Shown here: positions 52,722 to 62,304 of the stretch, piece by piece
Layout: each line of letters begins with the position of its first letter
Position numbering within the stretch: the stretch's first letter is position 1
Origin: Gammaproteobacteria bacterium
Lineage (GTDB): Bacteria; Pseudomonadota; Gammaproteobacteria; JBCCGL01
Length of the DNA stretch: 64,000 nucleotides
NCBI GenBank assembly: GCA_965277715.1
Contig: OZ255836.1
Coordinates: forward strand, 224,001-288,000
Reading direction: 5' to 3'
The notes under the pieces: model-generated
Seen by the model: only the letters and a program-made list of their open reading frames with translations
Databases searched by the model: none
Told to the model about the DNA's origin: nothing
Position numbers and translations under genes: made by a program

Positions 52722-55188
52722 GTAAGCGCCCTTAAATCAACCTCTATTCCAAGGTAATGTCCAAACCGACATGCCAAGGTAGCAAGGCCTCTATCTTTTC
52801 AAGAGTATCGGCACTACCGATATGATTAAGGACGTGCAGTATGTACGCATAGGGTTCAAGACCATTAGCTTTGGCCGTTTCGATCAATGAGTAACATGTG
52901 GCACTGGCATGGGCGCCACGGGTTGAATCGGCAAACAACCAGGCTTTTCTACCCACGGCAAAAGGCCTAATGGCATTTTCAGCCAGCACGTTGCTGATGT
53001 GTAACCGTCCATCATCACAGTAGCCTGTGAGGGTATGCCATTGATTCAGTGCATAGTCCATGGCGTTACGCGTAAGGGACTTTTTAGCCACCTTAGTAAT
53101 ATGCTTATCCAGCCATTGTTTGAATTCTTCCAACACCGGTTGGCTAAGTTTTTGGCGAAACCTTTGTTTTTCTGCGGGTTCAAGCGCTTGTATCTTTTTC
53201 TCAATGAGATAGAGCTTGCGGATTTTACCGATGGCGGCATCGGCTTTCGAGGCACGGGGGTTTTTCGTGTTTGCTTTATCGGCAGCTTTAATGGCATCAA
53301 TGAATTTTCGGCGCACATGATCCCAGCAACCGATACGTGTCAGATTTTGCTGCTCGCACACCCCGTTATACCCTGAATAGCCATCGACTTGCAGAGTGCC
53401 TTGAAAACCTTCCAGTAAGCGTTGTGGGACTTCGCCCGAACGAGAGGGGTCGTATTCAAACAACACACTGGGCTGGTCTGGAGGGCCACCGCGCGTTAGC
53501 CACATCCATTTATCGGATTGGGCGGTTTTGCCATTTTCTTTGAGTACCTGGATACGTGTTTCGTCCATTTGCACATAATCACCGTCATTTTGACTTTCCC
53601 GCAGCAAGGTCATCAGGGGTTTAAAAACCGCTTCCAGGCGAATCATCCAGTTGGCCATGTTGGTGCGGCTCACGGCATGTCCATAACGCTTTAAAATGCT
53701 TTCCTGGCGATACAAGGGCAACCCATCGGCGTATTTGGACACCATGATGTTGGCGAGCAGAGCCGTGCTGGCAAAGCACTTACCCAAAGGGTGTATGGGG
53801 CGTTGCGCGGCGATGATGTGGTCATCACCTGCGTAGCTGAAGACGGCCTTTTCTTGCCAGTACTCTAAAACGTTGAGTTGTGCGGGAATGTATTGGAGTT
53901 CTTCTTTGACTTTCACAAAGAAAGTACGTGTAGCGCCTGATTTTTCCTCATCGCTTAAGGCTAGCTCAACGCGCACACGGGGTAAGTGGTTGGAGAAGCC
54001 GCGTTGACGTTTTTTCTTGTTCGTGACCGTAGGCTGAGGTAGCAACTCATCCGGTAGCTGGCTATCAATGTCGACAATGGCTTGTTCGAGTTCCGCTTCA
54101 TCAAACAAGTCAATCTGGAAGGCAAGCTTTTCGCTGTTAGCGCCGAACCTCTGAACCTTGGAAAGACGCAACCGTTCTTCCAGCAAACGAATGTAGTGAT
54201 CGCGGTTTTTAATGGTGTTTTTGTGACGTTGAATAATTTGGTTATGGTGCGCTAATTCGGCTTCTTTTTCTGCCAGCACGGTCACTAATTCAGCCGCCGT
54301 TAAGCCGGTGTAATTGCGTTGTTTTTGTTGAATTTCCGATGCCAAAACCATCGCGTAATAATACCAAATAGCCGTCTAAAAATCACTAAAATCAAACACT
54401 TTTTCACCCTTTAGCGAGCTAAAAAACAGACTCGTAATGCAATACTTTGTGGCCTCTCATTGCGGCTAAATCATAGCCATCAAGCAACCCGTTTATTTGC
54501 GTTCCGGTAAGTGATATGACTTCCTCATCGAGGTCAGGCCACTTAAACTGCTCTTCGGCCAAGGCTTTGTAATACAGTACAAAACCGTTGTCCTCCCACA
54601 TCAGACACTTGATTTTGTTGCGGTGGCGATTGGTGAACACGTATAAGCCACCCTCAAACAGGTTGTGACCCAGCTCTCGCTCAACAATGGCCGCAAGGCC
54701 ATTGCTTTGCTTACGAAAGTCCACCGCCTCTCGGTATAAAAACACCTTTGGAATATCGAGCGATGGCCGTAAATAACGGGCCGTCATAACTGCGCCAGTA
54801 ACGCGCTAACTAACGTCACGTTAGCGGCGGTAATGCCAGAAATGGCACAGCCATTGGCCAGCGTAAAACACAAACCTGAATCAGCCCTTTGCCTATCAGC
54901 CACCATCACTTGGGTAAAGCCTGCTACAGGCATGTTACTCTGCACTGCTTGAATAGTTTTACGCGAACATTTACGGCTCCAATAGTAAAACTGCTTCAAG
55001 TGGATGCCGTTATCCTGGCAAAACTGCGCACCACTCAAACCGGATGCTTGCCATTGTTCAATTTGATTGCGCCAGTACGACGCGCGTTCTTTATTACTCA
55101 TATTACACCTATGCGGGTATTGGGTTGATGTGGTGCAGTGTGAGGACCAACCCGAGTAATTGGTAGACGCCTATTCTTTGGCGCTTAC
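52722..55188 (-). mobile_element. IS66-family element, complete (tnpA 54784..55101, tnpB 54419..54787, tnpC 52744..54351)
   Basis: GTAAGCGCC inverted ends; VDFRKQSNGL (TnpB); DETRIQV, DGYSGY, CWDHVRRKF (TnpC). Confidence 0.95.
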
Positions 55189-55310
55189 GTTTAAATGGAA
55201 TAAATTTAGGTGTAGTAGATGGTGTGAAGACTATGCTGTCTCGCCAGCTTTTATTATGGAAAAATCAGAAATAAAAATAAACATTTAGTTGAATGTCAAA
55301 ACTGAGTTCA

Positions 55311-55340
55311 AAATCCCTAGCGGCTTGCTAGGGCTTTTTT
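55311..55340. terminator. bidirectional intrinsic terminator
   Basis: AAAATCCCTAGC-ggctt-GCTAGGGCTTTTTT. Confidence 0.7.
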
Positions 55341-55344
55341 GCTT

Positions 55345-55492
55345 TTACTCTTCGCTAGTCAACACCAAACACCCGTCCATCACTCTGACCTTCACTGGCG
55401 AATCAATCTCAAATCCCGCTTTGATTAACCAATGGCCTTTGAGGTGAATCTCGCCAATGGGTGTGCGCTGTCGGCAGTTCTGGCTGAAATAA
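55345..55492 (-). pseudogene. symE: SymE-family toxin, N-terminus removed by repeat + ISL3
   Basis: Minus strand reads IHLKGHWLIKAGFEIDSPVKVRVMDGCLVLTSEE*; a candidate start GAGGA..ATGAAAGAG lies just beyond the ISL3. Confidence 0.75.
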
Positions 55493-55521
55493 AAGGAAAA
55501 GGGGTCAGGCTAGTTATTTAC

Positions 55522-56839
55522 GGTTCTTCCCCGGTTTGTGTGAGGTTATAGTATTTCATCCTCCTTTGCTATTGAGAGACTCCGGTGCTATCGAGCCTTG
55601 AAGAACACTACAGCCAGCTCCTATGCCTGACAGATGACTGGTCAGTGACATCAGTTGATTTAGACCCTTCAGGGTTAAAAGTATCCATTTCGTTGGCGTT
55701 TAGCGGCAACCACGGCCCTTGCTCGCACTGTGGCGAAGTGAGTCCGTTCTATGATCACCGTTCACAAGAGCGATCCTGGAGACACCTGGATATTATGCAG
55801 TTTGAAACGCGCCTACACAGTCGCATTCCCCGAGTAAATTGTCTGGAGCATGGTGTTAAAAGTATGATGTTACCCTGGGCAAGCAAGCGCAGTCGTTTTA
55901 CGTTGTTGTTTGAATTATTTTCCATCAGGGTGTTGCAAGCCTCACGTAGCGTCGAAGAGGCGCGTAAGTTACTGGGACTTAGCTGGAACGCAGTGGAAGC
56001 CATCAAAGCCCGCGCTGTCGAACGGGGACTTTCGCGTCGGGAATTGGTGACAATTGAGTACCTGGGTATTGATGAGAAGTCCCACCGTAAAGGGCATGAC
56101 TATGTGACGCTCATCAATGATATCGATGGAGGGCGAGTATTGGATGGAGTGAAAGATCGCACCCAGGCAGCTTGTGAGGAGGCGTTGGAGGTTGCGCTGA
56201 CGGATAACCAGCGAGAACAGGTGAAAGCTGTCGCTATTGATAGGTGGCCTGCGTTCATTAATGCCGTTGAGGTAAAACTGTCAGACAGTGCGATTGTTCA
56301 CGACCGTTTTCCTATTAGCCAACACCTGAATAAGGCGGTGGATCAGGTCCGTCGTGACGAACATAGAGACCTTTTGTCACAGGGTGATACTCGATTGAAA
56401 AAGAGTCGTTATCACTGGTTAAAAAATGAAGAAAATTTGTCTAACAAAGCAGCCGAGCACTTTGAGTCACTCAAGCATGATCAGTTATTGACAGCCCGAG
56501 CCTGGGCGATAAAAGAACTGTTTCGTGATTTTTGGACGTATAAGACAGCGGGTTGGGCAAAGCGTTTCTTTAGCGCATGGTATGCGTGGGCAATTCGGTG
56601 CCGATTGGACAGCATAAAGAAAGTGGCCAAGATGATAAAAACGCACATGCCGAACATATTGACATGGTTTAAGCACACAATAAGTAATGCCGTATCAGAG
56701 GGTTTGAATTCAAAAATTCAGACAGTCAAATCGAATGCAAGAGGGTTTCGTTCGTTTGAAAGTTACCGGCGGAGTATTTTGTTTTACTGCGGAAAGCTGG
56801 ATAGGGAACCAGTGGCTTCACAATAATCGGGGAAGAACC
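55522..56839 (+). mobile_element. ISL3-family element (transposase 55585..56826)
   Basis: IR GGTTCTTCCCCG; CSHC..C..HG zinc finger, GIDEKS, HDRF, SNAVSEGLNSKIQ..RGFR. Confidence 0.93.
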
Positions 56840-57182
56840 CTCTTTCATTTTCGGTTCCTCGCGTAAACTCAGTTTACTTCAAGTGAGGGGTCCGAATTAG
56901 TGTAGCCACATCACAGTAACCGCTGGGCGTTGTTGTATACGGCAGCAGCAAGTGGCACAGGCGACGATCGTTGTGTGGTCACTGCTAGAGCCAAGGTGAC
57001 CACAATTTACATCCCATATGCTGAAAACAGAACCACTAAGTACGAATAAGTGGTTTATCTGGTGCAGGTGCTTGTTTTCTTGGAAGTTTATCTGTTTAAA
57101 AAATCTGAGGTAAGCGATGTGTAAGCGAATTGATTGATATGCTTGAGTAGAAAGCCCAGTGTGGCCTGGGCTTTGTTCAAAG

Positions 57183-58319
57183 TTATGCTTTAGAATGCTT
57201 GTAGGCCGAAATACTAGTTATATTTTCTGGCAAATCTAACTCGGATAAGAGTGGAAGCAATAAGCTTTCTGTTTGTGTGAGGCTAGTTAAGAATTCGGCC
57301 TTCATTCCTAGTTCGTTTAATAGTCCACCAAAATTTCTCCCATAGCTCTTAAGCAGAAGGGCTAAACTCGATGGTAATAATTCGGGAAAATCTAAGGATA
57401 CTCTGTCGTCATAATATTCTTCTTTTGTTTGCCCTGTTTTGCTGAAATGAATGTTTGCTGTTCTGTATTGTGATGGCGTGATCATTCCATACTGGTTTAG
57501 CCTGTAAATAATAGCTCTAGCGCTTATCCCCCACTTAATCTTTATTGAGTATATGCTGTTCCAGTCAATTCGAGTTTTACTCTTGCTTGTGTATTCTCTA
57601 ATCAGTGCTGCGCGGGGCAGAAGAAAGTGGCTGGCGAAGTGGTCTGCCTGCGACTCGGTATCTCTATCTCCGGTTTCGATACCATTGTGGCCAATGATAT
57701 GTAGCATCTCGTGACCTATATCCATTCTTATACGAGGAGCGTTTTTTGTTGTATTAAGAATAATTATTGGACGCCCTCTGTTTAAAGACAGAGCGTCAAT
57801 TTTTTCAGATATTTCACCGAATGTTGAAACAATCACGCCTGCATTTTCTGCAACACGAATCATATTTTTAATTGGCCCGTCACCAAGCTTCCAATACTTC
57901 CTGCATTCGATACTGGCATTTTCTGCATCGGCTATGGAGGTTATCTCTAACTGCGGAAAGTTTACTGCTGGAAGATCAAGGTATTCCTCTAGAGTGGCAA
58001 CAAGCTTGTTGAGAAGTGTTGCACGAGCAGCACTCTCTCTTCGTGATGAAACCAAGGTTGTCTTTAATTTCCTGAAATGGCACTCCTCTTCTTTAACCTG
58101 ATTACCTAGTTGGTAGCCAAAAAAACTTGGTTCAACTTTTAGTTCGTAAGCCAGTGCATCCACCAACTCTTTGGTTGGTGTTTTCTTATCGGTGGTTTCA
58201 AGCTGATGAATGTATTGACGAGTGTTGCCAACTCGTTGTCCCAACTCATTTAAAGAAATGCCCGACATAAGCCGGGCAATCCTCAGGTTGTCTCCATTAA
58301 ATGCGATTTTGTCACTCAT
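57183..58319 (-). CDS. XRE-HTH + ImmA/IrrE (M78) metallopeptidase fusion, RmrA-like antitoxin
   Basis: N-terminal HTH (LRIARL..LNELG..YIHQLE), HFRK linker, RIRMDIGHEMLH (HExxH), ESQADHFASHFLLP. Confidence 0.9.
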   Translation of the reverse strand: MSDKIAFNGDNLRIARLMSGISLNELGQRVGNTRQYIHQLETTDKKTPTKELVDALAYELKVEPSFFGYQLGNQVKEEECHFRKLKTTLVSSRRESAARATLLNKLVATLEEYLDLPAVNFPQLEITSIADAENASIECRKYWKLGDGPIKNMIRVAENAGVIVSTFGEISEKIDALSLNRGRPIIILNTTKNAPRIRMDIGHEMLHIIGHNGIETGDRDTESQADHFASHFLLPRAALIREYTSKSKTRIDWNSIYSIKIKWGISARAIIYRLNQYGMITPSQYRTANIHFSKTGQTKEEYYDDRVSLDFPELLPSSLALLLKSYGRNFGGLLNELGMKAEFLTSLTQTESLLLPLLSELDLPENITSISAYKHSKA

Positions 58320-58963
58320 TCGTCGTGCTCTTTGGAATTAGAAACTTTGTCTGTTGCAGCTTTTGGCAAAGATGCTGACGCAGCAGGAAGATCTACTGGC
58401 TCGCTTTCCACACTGTTGATTGCAACTATATTAGATGCAATATCGAAGATTGGCACTGTGCGAGAAGCTATAACTTCACCAGACTCTGTCATGCCGAAAA
58501 ATTCTATATTGGTTGTTGTGCCTTCTAGGTCGGTCTCTACTGCGTACACCCAAACAAGCTTTTCTGGGATCGGTGAATCAAATAGTAAGCTGTTTTGTCG
58601 CAGTTCTGGGTGGGACTGCGCACGATTATGAATATTTGCCTTCGGTTTGTTTGCCATGCCTTTATAAAAACTAAACTCTACGCTGCCAATTTTGGCAATA
58701 AAGCGTAGTGAGGGGTCAACAATATTTAACCAAGGAAAACTTTTAGATTGAAACACTATTTCATTGCTCACCCATGCATGTGCTCGACAGCCTATACTCC
58801 AGCCATTGTCCCGATCTTCTACGGCATCAAGGTTTTCAGCTCTGACTCTGGCAATTAGTTGGCCGATATAATCGATGCGCTCATCGGTTAGGCAGGAATG
58901 TATTTCAGAAGGCTGTTTGATCATGTGGCAGTACCCATTTATGAGTGTAGAAGACAATGCCAT
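58316..58963 (-). CDS. hypothetical protein coupled to the XRE-peptidase (candidate toxin)
   Basis: 4-bp stop/start overlap with the peptidase gene; no motif recognised. Confidence 0.75.
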   Translation of the reverse strand: MALSSTLINGYCHMIKQPSEIHSCLTDERIDYIGQLIARVRAENLDAVEDRDNGWSIGCRAHAWVSNEIVFQSKSFPWLNIVDPSLRFIAKIGSVEFSFYKGMANKPKANIHNRAQSHPELRQNSLLFDSPIPEKLVWVYAVETDLEGTTTNIEFFGMTESGEVIASRTVPIFDIASNIVAINSVESEPVDLPAASASLPKAATDKVSNSKEHDE

Positions 58964-59113
58964 GATATGGGTAAAAACGGGTTTTTGTCAACCGCGATAT
59001 GGTTTGTAAATCAACTTTGCTATTGTCAACTTGAAGTGAGGTTACTTTCGCTGATGTTTATTAATAAGTAATCACATGTAAGCAGTTTCTGACGCTCCTT
59101 GATTCAAAATAAA

Positions 59114-59145
59114 AAAGCCCCGAAAACCTTACGGCTCGGGGCTTT
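59114..59145 (-). terminator. terminator downstream of tRNA
   Basis: AAAAAGCCCCGA..TCGGGGCTTT. Confidence 0.7.
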
Positions 59146-59152
59146 GATATGC

Positions 59153-59226
59153 TGGGCCTTCGCAGACTTGAACTGCGGACCTGCCGATTATGAGTCGGAT
59201 GCTCTAACCAACTGAGCTAAAGGCCC
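59153..59226 (-). tRNA. tRNA with CAT anticodon, Ile2 type; CCA not encoded (GCA follows)
   Basis: GGGCCTTTAGCTCAGTTGGTTAGAGCATCCGACTCATAATCGGCAGGTCCGCAGTTCAAGTCTGCGAAGGCCCA folds as a cloverleaf; position downstream of rpoD matches ileX. Confidence 0.9.
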
Positions 59227-59344
59227 TAAACTGTTTTTGCCGCTTACTAACTGCTTACTTTCACTTTTTGCTTTAGTTGTTTACTTGGCGTAAGCGGCTG
59301 TAACTAAAGCCTTTTTTGTTCTTTCTCTCCATCTAGCCCGCTCT

Positions 59345-59384
59345 ATTATGAGTCCCCTGCTCTAACCAACTGAGCTACAGGCCC
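59345..59384 (-). pseudogene. 5' half of a different tRNA-Ile(CAT), broken just after the anticodon loop
   Basis: GGGCCTGTAGCTCAGTTGGTTAGAGCAGGGGACTCATAAT followed by unrelated sequence. Confidence 0.85.
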
Positions 59385-59429
59385 ACATGTTTAAACAGTG
59401 GGGTAGGGCGATTGCCCTGAGTGGTGATT

Positions 59430-59724
59430 TTAATCGCCGTCGAGGAAGCTGCGCAACTGTTCCGAGCGGGTCGGGTGGCGTAACTTACGTAACGCTTTGG
59501 CTTCTATCTGCCGTATCCGCTCGCGCGTTACGTCAAATTGTTTGCCGACTTCTTCCAGTGTGTGGTCGGTGTTCATGTCGATACCGAAACGCATCCGCAA
59601 TACTTTTGCCTCGCGTGGCGTCAGGCAGGATAACACATCGTGGGTGGTTTCACCCAGCCCTGAATTGGTCGCCGATTCGACTGGGGATACGGCGCCCTGG
59701 TCTTCGATAAAGTCACCGAGGTGA
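59430..59724 (-). pseudogene. rpoD: RNA polymerase sigma70 RpoD, C-terminal fragment (region 3.2-4)
   Basis: [59 protein letters not shown]; upstream replaced by repeat. Confidence 0.92.
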
Positions 59725-59876
59725 AGCAAAAGGGGTCATGAAGCAAAAGGGGTCAAGACAGTTATTTCCTATATTTCTTGAAGCAAAAGGGGTCAAGACA
59801 GTTATTTCCTATATTTCTTGCTGGAAACCACTGTTTTTATCCGTATTAGTCGTTGTATGGTGAATAATAAGCCTGA
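59722..59876. repeat. GGGGTCA element copy 2 with triple 5' stutter; right arm completed at 61294-61307
   Basis: TGAAGCAAAAGGGGTCA starts at 59722, 59739 and 59779, the units being 17 bp, 40 bp and full length. Confidence 0.88.
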
Positions 59877-61293
59877 TGGGATGGACCCGCTCCCTTTGAA
59901 TCGGCATCACAATGTGCCAAGATTGAGCGGTAACACAACCAATCTATTATCACCTAATAAAGGTAGGAGCGAGTCCATGAACGAGAATATCACCCGATTG
60001 GGTATTGATCTAGCCAAAACTATTTTTCAAGTGTGTGGTGCTAATAAACACGGTAAAGTGGTGTTTAATAAAAAACTTAAACGCGATCAGCTACCGTCTT
60101 ATATCGCCACTATACCGGCCTGTGAGGTGGTGATGGAAGCGTGTGCGACGTCCAGTTATTGGTCGCAGGTTTTCACACGCTACGGCCATACCGTCAAACT
60201 CATTAACCCAGCCTATGTACGCCCTTACGTTAAAACAAACAAGAACGATGCAGCGGATGCAGAGGCGCTGTGTGAAGCAGCCTCACGTCCGAATATGCGA
60301 TTTGTTTAGCCCAAAACACCCGACCAACAAGACAGCCAATTACTCCACCGGGTGCGCAGTCGGCTAGTGTCAAAACGGACGAGTTTAAGTAATCAGATAA
60401 GAGGGTTACTGGGTGAGTATGGGCTGATTATTCCGGTAGGTATTCGCCACGTCCGCCAGCACTTGCCTGCGCTTTTAGAGGATGCTGAAAATGCCTTGTC
60501 AGCCACAGCACGTGAAGTGTTCAGTGCTTTGTATGATGAACGAGTGGAGATTGATAAACGCGTAACACACTACACAAAACGGTTAACCCAGTTGAGTAAC
60601 CAGCATGAGCGCTGTCAGCAATTAAAAACACTGCCGGGTGTAGGGCCTCTGGTCGCCACTGCCTTGTTTACAGCAATGGGCGATCCGGGTTTTTATAAAA
60701 ACGGGCGTGAGTTTTCCGCCTTTTTGGGTCTCGTTCCTCGTCAATATAGTTCGGGGGGCAAAACACAACTCAAAGGTATCAGTAAACGCGGGGACGAACA
60801 CGTGCGCACTTTGTTGATACAGGGGGCGCAAGCGGCATTAAGTCGAATGCCTAAACACGATGATGGGCTAAGTCGTTGGGCCTGTCGTGTCAAAGCACGT
60901 CGGGGCCATTGTGTGGCGGCGGTGGCATTGGCCAATAAGCTCGCCAGAATTAGCTGGGCGGTAGCGGCTAATAATACAACTTACGTGCATAAAACAGTTT
61001 AATAACATCGTTGAAGATTTCTTACCACGAGGTAGCGAAAGAGCAGTAAAGGGTATAACAGGTTAAACCGGCTCAGACAGAACCTGGAGGGGGTCATGGT
61101 CTTCACAGACCGATTGCTTGATGAGGTGTCTGAGCACGGTTCCCATTATGGCTCTGGACGGATAAACAAATACAATCCGTTCTATTGAGAAGCCGGATAT
61201 ATGACTGCTAACCTTATTTACTGTGGCTGCTCTGAACGCTAAAAAATGAATGAACGATTAAAAAATTGTTGAATTTAACTGCGGGTCCATATA
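59874..61293 (+). mobile_element. IS110 family, IS1111 group, copy 2 (transposase 59977..61002, in-frame TAG at 60307)
   Basis: DEDD motifs GIDLAK, MEAC, KNDAADA; SSGGK serine motif; sub-terminal IR ATGGACCCGC; TGA core at both junctions; ~290 bp 3' non-coding region. Confidence 0.95.
61030..61235 (+). ncRNA. predicted bridge/seek RNA of the IS1111 element (second copy about 32540-32745, minus strand)
   Basis: Two stem-internal-loop modules whose loop strands match the target (AGGGGGTCA, TTGCTTGA) and the donor junction (TCCCATTAT, ATATATGA); boundaries approximate. Confidence 0.75.
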
Positions 61294-61494
61294 TGACCCC
61301 CTTGCTTACCTTGGGTGGCGCACTATAAGCATACGTTACGCCATGCATAGCAAAGCGTTACGCGGTTTTCCCGTTATGGATTATGTTTTCAGGGTGATAA
61401 AAACCGGAGCGGTGAGTAAGCCAGGAAATTTTTATAAAAATGTCTTATATGTTGAACAGTTAAGCTATATATTGCACTCTATATAAGACATTTT

Positions 61495-61830
61495 ATGAAA
61501 ACACAAGCAACCAGTACACTGCCCCGTGCAGCCCGACAGGCCCTTATAGAACTCGGTGGGGACATTGCTGTCGCACGAAAAAAACGACGTATTTCTACTG
61601 TCTCAATGGCTGAACGTGCCTTTATTAGTCGGGGTACACTCTATAAAGTCGAAAAGGGTGACCCAACGGTTGCAATGGGTATCTATGCCACGGTGCTCTC
61701 GATTCTGGGGCTTGTTGAACGTCTTGGGCAGGTGGCTGATCGCAGCAGTGATTCGCTGGGTTTGGATATAGAAGAGGATCGGTTACCCAGGAAAGTACAA
61801 CCGCGTAAGCGTAAAAAGGAATTGTTATGA
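61495..61830 (+). CDS. XRE HTH protein of HipB-like antitoxin type; partner toxin absent
   Basis: LGGDIAVARKKRRIS..MAERAFISRGTLYKVEKGDPTVAMGIYATVL..LP.KV. Confidence 0.8.
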   Translation: MKTQATSTLPRAARQALIELGGDIAVARKKRRISTVSMAERAFISRGTLYKVEKGDPTVAMGIYATVLSILGLVERLGQVADRSSDSLGLDIEEDRLPRKVQPRKRKKELL

Positions 61831-61880
61831 CGGAGACCGGCTTCCTTAGTCGTCGGGCAGTGGTTAGTGAGTGATATTCC

Positions 61881-62064
61881 TTAACCCTAAATTCCGCAGT
61901 TGAATCTACTGCGAGCACCTGATGCACAGAATCTAAAGCGCTTTTACCCGCATTTCAGCTTCACCTGTAGAATGACTACAGGATGGCTAAAATGCGGGTA
62001 AAAACACTTCATCTTCAGCACCTTAGACGCCCTCGCTACGATTCAACTGCGGAATTTAGGTTAA
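61881..62064. mobile_element. ~180 bp fold-back MITE flanked by TTAA
   Basis: Perfect 21-bp terminal IR CCTAAATTCCGCAGTTGAATC, inner IR TTTTACCCGCATTT, central CCTGTAG/CTACAGG. Confidence 0.8.
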
Positions 62065-62184
62065 CTGACCTGGCTGTATTGCTGATAGTGATACGCAGGA
62101 AGAGGCTTTAGTAGAAGCGAGGGTGCGTTTGAGGCGTGGAAAATGGCCCGAAGGGCAGGGCACAGAGCGTAGAGCCCCCCTACT

Positions 62185-62198
62185 GTCATAACATTGAC
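62185..62198. promoter_or_regulatory. putative FleQ/FlrA binding site
   Basis: GTCATAACATTGAC fits the GTCA-N6-TGAC FleQ box, just upstream of a sigma54 promoter. Confidence 0.55.
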
Positions 62199-62251
62199 GT
62201 TTTTTCCATGATTTTATAGTAAATCACTGAATCTTATCATTTAACTCAGCG

Positions 62252-62267
62252 TGGCATAGTTTCTGCA
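62252..62267 (+). promoter_or_regulatory. sigma54 -24/-12 promoter of fleSR
   Basis: TGGCATAGTTTCTGCA, GG-N10-GC. Confidence 0.75.
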
Positions 62268-62304
62268 CTCGTCCCGACTACTGTAAATACTGGTCGGAGC
62301 CATA

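Noticed and set aside
59722-59820. Direct repeats as a CRISPR array
   Set aside because: No unique spacers, unequal units and no cas genes; they are nested duplications of a repeat end
59818-59976. Long N-terminal extensions of the IS110 ORFs (also 33354-33482)
   Set aside because: They run through the element end and flanking repeat; the RBS-supported start is MNENITR
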